NCBI GenBank assembly: GCA_025923935.1
Contig: JAICFA010000001.1
Coordinates: 1-46,063, forward strand
Source of the DNA: Candidatus Krumholzibacteriia bacterium
Lineage (GTDB): Bacteria > Krumholzibacteriota > Krumholzibacteriia > WVZY01 > JAKEHA01
Length of the DNA: 46,063 nt
Reading direction: 5' to 3'
Shown: positions 18,511 to 27,352 of the stretch, in pieces
Layout of the letters: each line of letters opens with the position of its first letter
Numbering within the stretch: position 1 is the stretch's first letter
Program-made: the position numbers and the translations under genes
The notes under the pieces: generated by a model
Told to the model about the DNA's origin: nothing
Databases searched by the model: none
What the model saw: only the letters and a program-made list of their open reading frames with translations

Positions 18511-18843
18511 TGTATTGACCTCCTCTGGTGGGAATGGCGTTTTCACCGATCTTCGCCGGTCACCACCGGCCCATTCCCGTTGATATCGGCTACTAACCAA
18601 ACGCCCTGACGGGTGCTCCGCTGGGGCAGTGCGCCTTGCGGCGAACGATCAATTACCCGAGCCCATTCACCTCCTTGCCGAAGGCACTCCTGGCAGCGGC
18701 CCTTGCGGACCGCCTTTACGAGTCATCAATCGCGCGGCCTGTCGCGGCCCACGCCCTCCGGTTCGTCTTCCGGCACCCGCCACGCGGGCAGAAGCTCCGG
18801 GGAAGGGCCTCCTTTTCGGAGACACTTCCAGCTTTGAGCGCGA

Positions 18844-18873
18844 AATCTATCGGCGCCCCTCAAAACCTGTCAA
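18844..18873 (-). promoter_or_regulatory. Candidate sigma70-type promoter of the barrel gene, implying a ~325-nt leader
   Basis: Minus strand: TTGACA (18868-18873), 18-nt spacer, TAGATT (18844-18849). Lies just downstream of the NlpC/P60 stop. Confidence 0.4.
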
Positions 18874-18923
18874 TCATTCTTTTTAGGAGGTTTCCGGGGG
18901 CGAGATTAAGGGGTTCTACCGAG

Positions 18924-19961
18924 TCAAGCAAGGGGGTCGCGAGTGGAGCGCCAATCGCGGGCGAGGCTGGCTTCGTACAAGGGATGGGACGGATCTAGTG
19001 AATTGACACGAACTTGTCCGTATGCGTGAAGAAAAAGACGGTCCGGGAGCACCATCGCCACGTGGGTGATCCGTTGGGCGGCGCGGCCGAAAAAGAGCAG
19101 ATCTCCGGGCTGGAGGTCGTCGAGCGAGTTGACCACCTTTTCGACCCCGAAGCGGGCCTGCATGTCGGAATCCCGGGGGAGGATGCGGCCGTTCAGCCGA
19201 AAGGTCCGCTGCACCAGCCCGCTGCAGTCGAAGCCCTTGGGGGTCGACCCGCCCCACAAATACGGGATTCCCAGAAAGCGCAGGCCGGTCGCCGTCAACT
19301 GTTCTCTGGACAGCAACTTTCGATGCCGGCGCTTTTCCAGGTGGGTGCTCTTCACGAAACCGCTGCGGCCGTCGGGCAGCTCGACGGCGAGCCACCCGCG
19401 CCCCGAGCGCCCGGTCACGGCCATCGGCGTTCCGATGACGACGTCGGTCACGGGGAGTGCATCCGAAGATGGCGCCGACAGGACTTCGGAGTGGTTGAAC
19501 GCGACGCGGTGGTCGGCGCGCGAGTAGAAGTTGTGAATCTGCTCGGGGGGTGTGGCGATCAAATGCCAGCTCCGCATCCACCCAATGTACCCGTCGTCGA
19601 GGCGCACCAGCACCCACTCGCCTTCCACCTTGAGCGGCTCGACGCGGTCCCCCATTACCGCCTGCGAGACGAGCTCGGACGGGTGCGCGGGCGAGCGGCG
19701 TACGTCGGCGACACTGCTGGAAACGATCATGGCGGCGGGCACATCGCCCGCGGGCAGCTTGACGATGCGCAGCCGGCGCGCGTCTTCCTCGGTAGGATGC
19801 AGCCGCTCGGCGGCGGCGTCCGCCACCGTCGCGTCGCTGCACTCGAGCTCCACCGTCCACCCGTCGGGCGGAAGCGACGTCACGCGCACAGAGCAGGTGC
19901 GTGCGTCGAGTCCGCGCTCTTCGAGCACGGCCGCCACGGCATCGTTGACTTCCTGAATCAT
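18924..19961 (-). CDS. Cytoplasmic NlpC/P60 (C40) peptidase with SH3b-like N-terminal domains (YkfC-like architecture)
   Basis: C-terminal IPYLWGGSTPKGFDCSGLVQ (catalytic Cys) and ITHVAMVL (His). No signal peptide. ATG 19959-19961 forms an ATGA overlap with the upstream permease stop. Confidence 0.85.
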   Translation of the reverse strand: MIQEVNDAVAAVLEERGLDARTCSVRVTSLPPDGWTVELECSDATVADAAAERLHPTEEDARRLRIVKLPAGDVPAAMIVSSSVADVRRSPAHPSELVSQAVMGDRVEPLKVEGEWVLVRLDDGYIGWMRSWHLIATPPEQIHNFYSRADHRVAFNHSEVLSAPSSDALPVTDVVIGTPMAVTGRSGRGWLAVELPDGRSGFVKSTHLEKRRHRKLLSREQLTATGLRFLGIPYLWGGSTPKGFDCSGLVQRTFRLNGRILPRDSDMQARFGVEKVVNSLDDLQPGDLLFFGRAAQRITHVAMVLPDRLFLHAYGQVRVNSLDPSHPLYEASLARDWRSTRDPLA

Positions 19962-20857
19962 GTCACCCTTCGTTGCGTTCGTCCCAGCTTGGGGTCGTAC
20001 AAGTCGCGCAAGGCGTCGCCCACCAGATTGAATCCGAGCACCGTGAGCGTTACCACGATGCCGGGTGCCAGCGACAGCCACGGCGCTACTCGAAGATAGT
20101 CAAGTCCCCCGCTGATCATCGAGCCCCAGCTGGGCTGCGGCGGTTGCGCGCCGAGGCCGAGAAAGCTCAAGGACGATTCAGCCATGATGGACGCGCCCAA
20201 TCCCATCGAGAAGATTACCAGTATCGGCGTCAGCACATTGGGGAGCACGTGGCGCAGGATGACGCGTGAATTGGCGGCCCCCAACGACCGAATCGCCGTG
20301 ACGAACTCGCGCTCCTTGAGCGACAACACCTGCGAACGCACGAGGCGTGCCACGCCCGCCCAGCCGACCACTCCCAGTGCGATGAACAACGAGACCTTGC
20401 TCGGCCCCACCGCCGCCACCACCGCAATCAAGAGCAGCAAGCCGGGGTAGGCCAGAGTCACGTCCGCGAGGCGCATCACGATCTGGTCGGTGCGCTTGCC
20501 GTAGTAGCCCGCCAAAAGCCCCAGGAACGTCCCCAACACCAACGCCAGCAATCGCGATACCACGCCCACTTGCAGTGAAAAACCGGCACCGTGCATGACG
20601 CGGCTGAGCACGTCACGGCCGAAGGCATCGGTGCCGAGCACGTGCTGCGCGTTGGGCGGCTCGAGCGCGTGATCCATCGCGATGACGGTGGGATCGTACG
20701 GCGATAACCAACGTGCAAACACGCCGCCGGTGACGACGATCGTCACCAGCACCGCACCCACCATCCCGGCGCGATGGCGGAAGAAGCGCCAACGCAGATA
20801 CCGCTTGCGCGCCGCGGGCGCCGAATCGGGCGACGATTGTGCGCTGACGACGTTCAC
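19958..20857 (-). CDS. Peptide/nickel-type ABC transporter permease (DppC/OppC-like)
   Basis: HVLGTDAFGRDVLSR N-terminal motif and EAA-loop region (AIRSLGAANSRVILRHVLPN). GTGA overlap with the upstream permease. Confidence 0.9.
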   Translation of the reverse strand: MNVVSAQSSPDSAPAARKRYLRWRFFRHRAGMVGAVLVTIVVTGGVFARWLSPYDPTVIAMDHALEPPNAQHVLGTDAFGRDVLSRVMHGAGFSLQVGVVSRLLALVLGTFLGLLAGYYGKRTDQIVMRLADVTLAYPGLLLLIAVVAAVGPSKVSLFIALGVVGWAGVARLVRSQVLSLKEREFVTAIRSLGAANSRVILRHVLPNVLTPILVIFSMGLGASIMAESSLSFLGLGAQPPQPSWGSMISGGLDYLRVAPWLSLAPGIVVTLTVLGFNLVGDALRDLYDPKLGRTQRRVT

Positions 20858-21795
20858 GCGTTCGATTCCCGGGCGAGTTTTACACGCGGGTCGACGCGCG
20901 CATACAGCAGATCGACCAGCAAGTTGACGGTCATGAACAACACCGCCATGAAGAGGACAGCGCCTTGAATGGCGGGTAAGTCACGTTTCAAAATGGCGTC
21001 CAGCGTGAAGCGCCCGAGACCCGGCCAGGCGAAGATCGATTCGGTGAGCACGGCACCGCTCAAGTAGCTGCCGAAGTCGACCCCGACGACCGTAATGATG
21101 GGCAAGAGCGCGTTGCGCAGTGCGTGACGCACCAGCACCCGGCTTTCGGGCGCACCCTTGGCGCGCGCGGCCTTCACATACGTCTCGTGGACTTCGTCGA
21201 GCACGCTCGAGCGCGTGATGCGCGCGATGTAGGCGGTGGACGCCATGGCGAGTGTCAGCGCCGGGAGAATCAAGTACAGCGGGTTCCCGTTTCCGAATCC
21301 CGACGCGGGCAGCACGCCGAGCCGCATCGAGAAAATGTAGATCAGCACCACGCCCAGCCAGAACACCGGCATCGACACCCCTACCACCGCACCGCCGACG
21401 AGCAGATAATCGAACGCCGAGCCGCGCCGCCATGCCGCGAGCACGCCGATCCCCACCCCCACGACCACCGCGATGGCCATCGCCGCCGCGGCCAAACGCA
21501 GCGTGTTGGGAAATCGCTGTAGGATCGTCTTCGTGACCGGCTCGCCGGTGATGTACGAGTTACCGAAGTCGAGCGTGGCGAGGTCGACCAGGTAGCGCCC
21601 GTAGCGCTCCACCAGCGGCTTGTCCAGATTCATCTCGGCGCGCAGGCGCGCAAGGGTTTCCGCGTCGTAGCGCTCGCCGACCATGCTCAACACCGGATCG
21701 CCCGGGAGCACGTGCAGTAATAGGAACGTGACCGTGGCTACGCCCAGCAGTATCGGGAAAAACCAAAGAATGCGCCTAAAGGTGTATGCGAGCAT
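20854..21795 (-). CDS. Peptide/nickel-type ABC transporter permease (DppB/OppB-like)
   Basis: MLAYTFRRILWFFPILLGVATVTFLLLHVLPGDP is the canonical DppB N-terminus; also YVKAARAKGAPESRVLVRHALRNAL. ATG at 21793-21795 is preferred over the track start at 21834. Confidence 0.9.
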   Translation of the reverse strand: MLAYTFRRILWFFPILLGVATVTFLLLHVLPGDPVLSMVGERYDAETLARLRAEMNLDKPLVERYGRYLVDLATLDFGNSYITGEPVTKTILQRFPNTLRLAAAAMAIAVVVGVGIGVLAAWRRGSAFDYLLVGGAVVGVSMPVFWLGVVLIYIFSMRLGVLPASGFGNGNPLYLILPALTLAMASTAYIARITRSSVLDEVHETYVKAARAKGAPESRVLVRHALRNALLPIITVVGVDFGSYLSGAVLTESIFAWPGLGRFTLDAILKRDLPAIQGAVLFMAVLFMTVNLLVDLLYARVDPRVKLARESNA

Positions 21796-21852
21796 GTGCG
21801 CGCGAGCGTAGCGCAAGCCGCGCGCCCGCTGCAATCGAAGCGTTTGGCGCTT

Positions 21853-23406
21853 TTAGTGCGCGACGCGCACGCCGCTGAAATCGTTGCCGAGGTAGAGACT
21901 GGGCAGGCGGTATCCGTCCACGCGTTCCGCCACGATGTGGAAGGTGGTGGGAAAATACAGGTAGACCCACGGTGCTTGGGAGAACACCAGACTGTCGACG
22001 CTCGCGCTGGCCGCCGCGCGGCGCGCCGGGTCGAGCTCGCGGCTGGCGTCTTCGATCATCCGATCCACCTGCGGATCGGAGAAGAAGGAGCGGTTGCCGC
22101 CGCCACCGTGATTGGAGGAGTGAAACAGCGGAAACAGGAAATTCTCCGCGTCGGGATAGTCGGCAAACCAATCCAGCAAGAAGGCGTCGACTTTGCCGGC
22201 GCTGACCGCCTGCTTGAAGGCACTCCATTCGCGGCGCACCAGTGTCGCATCCACCCCCACCGCACGCCAATACCCCTGTACCGCTTCCATCACGCGGCCG
22301 CCCTCGGCACTTTCCCGCAGCCAAACTTCCAGGTGTAAATTCTCCGCGCCGGCTTCCTGCAGCAGGCGCTTCGCCAGCACGGGATCGTACTCGTAGCCGG
22401 GGCGCTCCTTGAAACCGGGAATGCCCGGCGGTATGGCGCCGTGGGCGGGAATCGCGGCACTCGCTTGCAACACGCGCGACAGCTCCGCCACATTGACCGC
22501 GTGATTCAACGCGCGGCGCACGCGCACGTCGGTGAATTTTGGATTGTTGATTCCGATGTAGAATACGCGCAGCTCGGGGCGCTTCAGCACGCGCGACGCC
22601 CGCTGGGAATCGTCGAGAAAGCGCGGCACTTCCGCGTCGGGAATCTCCAGCACGTCGATGGCACCCGTCTCGAACTCGGCGATACGCGTGAACGGTTCCG
22701 GGATGATGCGGTAGCGCACGCCGTCGATGGCCGTCGCGCGCCGCGCATGGTGGGGATTGGGCACCAACGTGATGTGGTCGCCGCGTACCCACTCCGATAC
22801 CACCCACGGCCCCGAACCCAACGGTATGCCGTCCACCGGCGTACTGCGCGTGTCGACGACGCGCGCCGCCGGCAGCGCCAGCATCGACAAAAACGGCGCA
22901 AACGGTTCCGCCAACTCGACGACGAGCGTCGAGTCGTCGCTAGCCTCCAGCCCGGCGATCGCGCTGGCCTTACCGTCGCGAAAATCACGCGCGCCGCGAA
23001 TACGCTCGAGCACCCACGTGCGCGGCGAGGCCGTGGCCGGTGCCAGCACGCGCTCGAAGCTCGCGCGCACATCGTCGGCCCGAACCGAACGCCCGTCGGA
23101 AAAGCGCGCGCGCGCGTCGATGTGAAACACGAAGCGGCGCCCGTCGGGTGTTTCCCACGCGCGCGCAACTCCGGGCGAAAGGACTCCTTCCGGCGATAAA
23201 CCCACCAACCCTTCGAACACGAGCGCGCAAATCTCGCCTTCGGAGACATCGACGGCGAATGCCGGATCGAGACGATTGGGGGCTGTCTCCAACGCCAGCT
23301 CGAGCATGGGTGAAGACGCACGCTCCTGCCCGCAACTGACTGCCAAAGCGGCGAGGGCGACGCAGAAAAGAATGCTGGGACGATACGATCGTTCCTCTCC
23401 GCTCAT
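21853..23406 (-). CDS. Family-5 ABC substrate-binding protein (peptide/nickel type), probable lipoprotein
   Basis: MSGEERSYRPSILFCVALAALAVSCGQ signal with Cys, then a full-length SBP_bac_5-like body (...RVFYIGINNPKF...WFADYPDAENFLFPLF...). ATG at 23404-23406; no obvious SD. Confidence 0.85.
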   Translation of the reverse strand: MSGEERSYRPSILFCVALAALAVSCGQERASSPMLELALETAPNRLDPAFAVDVSEGEICALVFEGLVGLSPEGVLSPGVARAWETPDGRRFVFHIDARARFSDGRSVRADDVRASFERVLAPATASPRTWVLERIRGARDFRDGKASAIAGLEASDDSTLVVELAEPFAPFLSMLALPAARVVDTRSTPVDGIPLGSGPWVVSEWVRGDHITLVPNPHHARRATAIDGVRYRIIPEPFTRIAEFETGAIDVLEIPDAEVPRFLDDSQRASRVLKRPELRVFYIGINNPKFTDVRVRRALNHAVNVAELSRVLQASAAIPAHGAIPPGIPGFKERPGYEYDPVLAKRLLQEAGAENLHLEVWLRESAEGGRVMEAVQGYWRAVGVDATLVRREWSAFKQAVSAGKVDAFLLDWFADYPDAENFLFPLFHSSNHGGGGNRSFFSDPQVDRMIEDASRELDPARRAAASASVDSLVFSQAPWVYLYFPTTFHIVAERVDGYRLPSLYLGNDFSGVRVAH

Positions 23407-23495
23407 ACCGGCGCGCGATTCGTCGCAAATTCGTGTCTTAGTCGCGCGCCGAAAATCGCGTCGAGGAATCGATCGTATCGTCCCGATTCGCAAAC

Positions 23496-24776
23496 TCACA
23501 GGTCGCCTTCGACCAATTTGAAATCCCCCACTCCAAACATGTCGAAGAAGACGAACGTGCGATTCTGCGAGTAGTAACGCCAAATCTCGTATTCGCCCTG
23601 CGCGCGCTGGTCCATCGCGGTATCAATCTGCTCCGGCGGCCCGAAGCGAATGTAGACGCGCCCGCGGTCCGAGCGCCAGCCGGCGCCGAATTGCGAGTAA
23701 TGCCGCACCGCGTACTGCACGCGCTCGAGGTGCTGGGTGAGGGCCTCGTTCTCGATGGTGTTCGGGTCCGGATCGCGCGCTGCCCAGAACTTCGCCCACG
23801 CCGCCGGGCGGTCGGCGGGAGCGGCGTCGCGCAGCGGCTCGAGCTCTTTCTGGTTGGCGATCAATCCCAACACCTCCAGCGTCGCGTCGAAGTCGGCGCC
23901 GAGCATGGCGCGCGTCACGTCGATACGGATCTCGGTGCTGGTGGTCGCGTCGCGCTGTGGAGCATCCGTTTGCGCTCGCAGGTTGACGCGATACACGCCC
24001 GGGAGCCATTCGTCCACGTTGAAGATGAGCACGAACTCGTCGTCCGTATTGCCGGTGGCCGTCAAGTCGACGCGGCGTTTCCCGTAGACCATTTGGTGAT
24101 CGTTGGCGTCCACGACTTCGTAGAAAACATCCACCGGCACGCGCCGCTCCGCTCCGTCTTTCACGAACACAGTAAAGCGCACTCCCGGCTGGCGGTCGAA
24201 CCCCACGATGGCTGCGTCGGGCGGCGCATCCGCGCCTTTGAGCTGCTGGGCGAGTTCGCTCCAGCGCGCAAACGTCTGCCGAAACGGCGTGGGCACGGAG
24301 ATCACGGTGGGCGTGCCGAACGCCATGCCCGATGCGAGAAAGTCGGGCACACGCAGCGTCACCGTGCGGCGCATGCCGATGCTCGTGTTCTTGATGGTGA
24401 GGAGCGCGTCGATCTGGTAATCGCCCGGCGGCAGTTTGATCACGCGCCACGCGCGCGATTTGGCGTCGCGCCGCCGCGTTTCTTCGTACGTTTTTACGGT
24501 GGCGAAGCCGTTCAGCACGTAAGTGGTCGGCTCATCGCCACCGTCCTTGCGCACCGAGATGCGCGCGTCGTAGCGAGCGTCGTAATAGCCCTCTTTCTTG
24601 AGGAACACGAGCGTGCGAAACGGAACCTCGACGGTGACGCGCGCCACGGGAGTACGGGTCGAGTCGAGGTACGCGTTGGCGAACAATCCGAACGGCTGTG
24701 CCTGGGCGGACACGGCCGCGCCGGCGATGACGGCCGCGGTCAAGACGGCGAAAATGCTGCGGTGGATAAGACTCAT
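23496..24776 (-). CDS. Secreted GWxTD-domain protein (canonical motif)
   Basis: Signal peptide MSLIHRSIFAVLTAAVIAGAAVSAQA. C-terminal ...FGAGWRSDRGRVYIRFGPPEQI...YEIWRYY...FVFFDMFGVGDFKL matches the GWxTD signature. The 1004-aa track ORF is this CDS plus an out-of-frame read-through of the upstream permease genes. Confidence 0.85.
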   Translation of the reverse strand: MSLIHRSIFAVLTAAVIAGAAVSAQAQPFGLFANAYLDSTRTPVARVTVEVPFRTLVFLKKEGYYDARYDARISVRKDGGDEPTTYVLNGFATVKTYEETRRRDAKSRAWRVIKLPPGDYQIDALLTIKNTSIGMRRTVTLRVPDFLASGMAFGTPTVISVPTPFRQTFARWSELAQQLKGADAPPDAAIVGFDRQPGVRFTVFVKDGAERRVPVDVFYEVVDANDHQMVYGKRRVDLTATGNTDDEFVLIFNVDEWLPGVYRVNLRAQTDAPQRDATTSTEIRIDVTRAMLGADFDATLEVLGLIANQKELEPLRDAAPADRPAAWAKFWAARDPDPNTIENEALTQHLERVQYAVRHYSQFGAGWRSDRGRVYIRFGPPEQIDTAMDQRAQGEYEIWRYYSQNRTFVFFDMFGVGDFKLVEGDL

Positions 24777-24850
24777 GGGTCGGGCCGAGCGGCGACTTGA
24801 AGGGAACTTAGGCGACCGCCCGGCTCGGGGGCAAGGAGGAACCCCAGCGA

Positions 24851-26101
24851 TCATTCGTGGCGGAGCGCAGCCACCGGGTCCATGTCGGAGGCGCGCCGTG
24901 CCGGGTAGAGCCCGAAGCCCACGCCCACCAGGATGGAAAACACCAGTGCCACCACGGTCCAACCGGGAGAAAAGACGAACGGAAAGCGAATCAGCTTGGA
25001 GACTCCGATGGCCAGCGCCGTGCCCAGTGTCACGCCGATGACCCCGCCCACGCCGGTGAGCGTGGCCGCTTCGATCAGGAACTGCCGCATGATGTCGGCG
25101 CGCGCCGCACCGATCGCCCGCCGCACACCGATTTCGCGCGTGCGCTCGGTCACCGAAATCAACATGACGTTCATTACCCCGATGCCGCCCACTACCAGCC
25201 CGATGGACGCGATGATGGTGAGCACGATGCCGATGGGTACGGTGACTTTCTTGACGAGCGTAAGGAACGACTCGCTGGTTTCGATGGAGAAGTTGTTGGG
25301 CTGACCGGGCCGCAGTCCGCGCCGCACGCGCAGCGCCCGCGTCACTTCTTCCACGCCTTGTTGGAGGGATGCCCCGTCGCGCACGGTTGCACCCAGCGTG
25401 ATCCAATCGTTCTCGGTGTGCAAATCCTTGCCGAACGTCGGATGCGGAACGCACACGAAGTTGTCCGACCACGCACCGAATATGCTCTTGCGCGGCGCCA
25501 TGGTACCGATGACTTCGTACTTGGCGCCGTTGATGAGGACGAAGCGGCCGATGGGGTTCAGCTGCGGGAACAAATCCTTGGCCGGTCCCGCCGCCAACAC
25601 CACCACGCGCTCGCGAAAACGCTCTTCGCTCTCGGTGAAGAATCGCCCGCGGTCGACGGAGAGCGAAAACAGCTCCGGCAGCCGGTAGGAGCAGCCCAGC
25701 ACAGTCGTGGGCGGTGTTTTTTCCGCGCCGTAGCGAACCACATAGGTGCCTTGCGACTCGATCATGAACACCGAGGCATCCACGCTGGGGCAGGTGGACG
25801 CGATGACGGCGGCGTCTTCGCGCGTGAAGTCGGGGCGGAGCCACAAGTTCTCGGCACCCTCGTCTTCCACGACGAAATCGAACTTTTGCGCGTAGATGTA
25901 GGGGCGGTTGGCGGACGCCATGTCCTGGTAGATCTTCTTGCTCAGCCCCGACAGCACCGTCACCATCATCAGCACGGTGGCGATACCGATGGCCACGCCC
26001 ACGATGAGCAGTGCGGAGCGCATGCGGTGCGCGCGCATCACTTCCACCGCTTGCGCGATGTTTTCGTCCCACAGACTGTTGCGGCGAATGGGTGCCGGCA
26101 T
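24851..26101 (-). CDS. MacB/FtsX-type ABC transporter permease (second of two)
   Basis: N-terminal TM, ~230-aa periplasmic MacB_PCD-like domain, C-terminal FtsX three-TM bundle (ISVTERTREIGVRRAIGA...). Confidence 0.9.
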   Translation of the reverse strand: MPAPIRRNSLWDENIAQAVEVMRAHRMRSALLIVGVAIGIATVLMMVTVLSGLSKKIYQDMASANRPYIYAQKFDFVVEDEGAENLWLRPDFTREDAAVIASTCPSVDASVFMIESQGTYVVRYGAEKTPPTTVLGCSYRLPELFSLSVDRGRFFTESEERFRERVVVLAAGPAKDLFPQLNPIGRFVLINGAKYEVIGTMAPRKSIFGAWSDNFVCVPHPTFGKDLHTENDWITLGATVRDGASLQQGVEEVTRALRVRRGLRPGQPNNFSIETSESFLTLVKKVTVPIGIVLTIIASIGLVVGGIGVMNVMLISVTERTREIGVRRAIGAARADIMRQFLIEAATLTGVGGVIGVTLGTALAIGVSKLIRFPFVFSPGWTVVALVFSILVGVGFGLYPARRASDMDPVAALRHE

Positions 26102-26104
26102 GGC

Positions 26105-27349
26105 TTACTCCGAGCGCAGCGCTTCCACCGGGTCGAGGCGCGCGGCGCGCAGCGCGGGATAGGTGCCGAAAACGAGCCCCAACGCGATGGTCACCGCCAG
26201 TGCCACTCCTACCACGGCGGCGTTCACCACGTAGGGAAGCACCGACAGCGCCGACACGATGGCCGCGATGGAGAATCCGATCGCCATTCCCGCCACACCC
26301 CCGAATACCGACAGCGTTGCGGACTCCACCAGGAATTGCCACATGATCGCACCCTGCGGCGCGCCCACCGCCTTGCGCAATCCCACTTCGCGGGTGCGCT
26401 CGGTGACCGACACCACCATGGTGTTCATCAGCACAATGCCGCCCACCAGCATGGACACGCTCACCAACGCCACCAGCGCGGTCATGACGCCGCGACTGAC
26501 CGACTTCCATAGATTGATCAGCTGTTCGCTCGACGACACCGCGAAATCGTTTTCTGCGCGCGGGCCCAGGCCGTGGCGGATGCGCATCGCGACCGTGGCC
26601 TCCTCCATGGCGGCGTCGAGATTGCGAATGTCGTCGGCGACAATTTGGATCTGGACCGATTCATTCGGACCGAAGAGCTTGCGGAACGCACCCAGCGGTA
26701 CGATGACGAAGCGGTCGCGGCTCTGCCCCAGCACCTTGCCGCGTTGCGCGGCCACGCCGACCACGCGAAAGTGGCGGTTGCCGATACGAATCACCGCACC
26801 CGACGCGTCGCGCGGCGCGAGCAGCGCCTGGTACACGTCCCACCCCACCAGTGCGACTTGCGCGTTCTCGCGGTCGTCCACCTCGGTGACGTGGCGGCCT
26901 TCGGCCAGCGGAATCTCGTTCACGAACGGGTAGTATGCGTCGCAGCCCGCCACCTCGACCTCGACGCTCTTGCTCAGCGCGGACACCTTCACCGCGTCCT
27001 GGGCAGCGCGCGCGCTCACGTAGCGCGCGTGCTGGAGCGACTCGCGCAGCGCGACGGCGTCGGCGCGCGTGAGCTGCGGGTTGTGCAAGACTTTATCGAC
27101 GAACTTTTCGAAGTCCTCGATGGCCTGGAAGAAATCGACGCGGCGAATGGTGAAGAGGTTGCTGCCTTCGGACGCCACCTCGGTACGCATGTACAGATCG
27201 ATGCCGCCCAAGAGCGACACCACCGCGATCACCGACATGATGCCGACGATGTTGCCGAGCAGAGTGAGAAACGTGCGCAGCTTGTTGGCCGAGAGCGCGT
27301 GGTACGCGATGCGCACGCCCTCGAGGACGACGCGAAGAGTCGGACGCAT
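26105..27349 (-). CDS. MacB/FtsX-type ABC transporter permease (first of two)
   Basis: Same architecture as its neighbour (VSVTERTREVGLRKAVGA...). 3-nt gaps on both sides. Confidence 0.9.
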   Translation of the reverse strand: MRPTLRVVLEGVRIAYHALSANKLRTFLTLLGNIVGIMSVIAVVSLLGGIDLYMRTEVASEGSNLFTIRRVDFFQAIEDFEKFVDKVLHNPQLTRADAVALRESLQHARYVSARAAQDAVKVSALSKSVEVEVAGCDAYYPFVNEIPLAEGRHVTEVDDRENAQVALVGWDVYQALLAPRDASGAVIRIGNRHFRVVGVAAQRGKVLGQSRDRFVIVPLGAFRKLFGPNESVQIQIVADDIRNLDAAMEEATVAMRIRHGLGPRAENDFAVSSSEQLINLWKSVSRGVMTALVALVSVSMLVGGIVLMNTMVVSVTERTREVGLRKAVGAPQGAIMWQFLVESATLSVFGGVAGMAIGFSIAAIVSALSVLPYVVNAAVVGVALAVTIALGLVFGTYPALRAARLDPVEALRSE

Positions 27350-27352
27350 GCG

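Noticed and set aside
18511-18923. Whether the 413-nt gap encodes a known housekeeping RNA (RNase P RNA, tmRNA, SRP RNA, 6S) or a cobalamin riboswitch.
   Set aside because: No GGAAAGTCC-type RNase P CR-I box. No tRNA-like T-arm/ACCA end for tmRNA. No SRP domain-IV GGAA-tetraloop motif. No B12 box. Checked by eye only, so the region is kept as an unexplained structured leader in the findings.
18613-18998. Three overlapping plus-strand ORFs (74-120 aa) inside the same gap.
   Set aside because: They are Arg/Pro/Ser-rich, have no SD, are opposite in orientation to every neighbour, and read into the NlpC/P60 gene antisense.
23496-26510. 1004-aa minus-strand ORF that looks like a giant protein.
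   Set aside because: Only its last 426 codons (from ATG 24776) form a coherent protein with a signal peptide and a GWxTD domain. The upstream part is an alternative frame across the two FtsX permease genes, which are themselves well supported in another frame.
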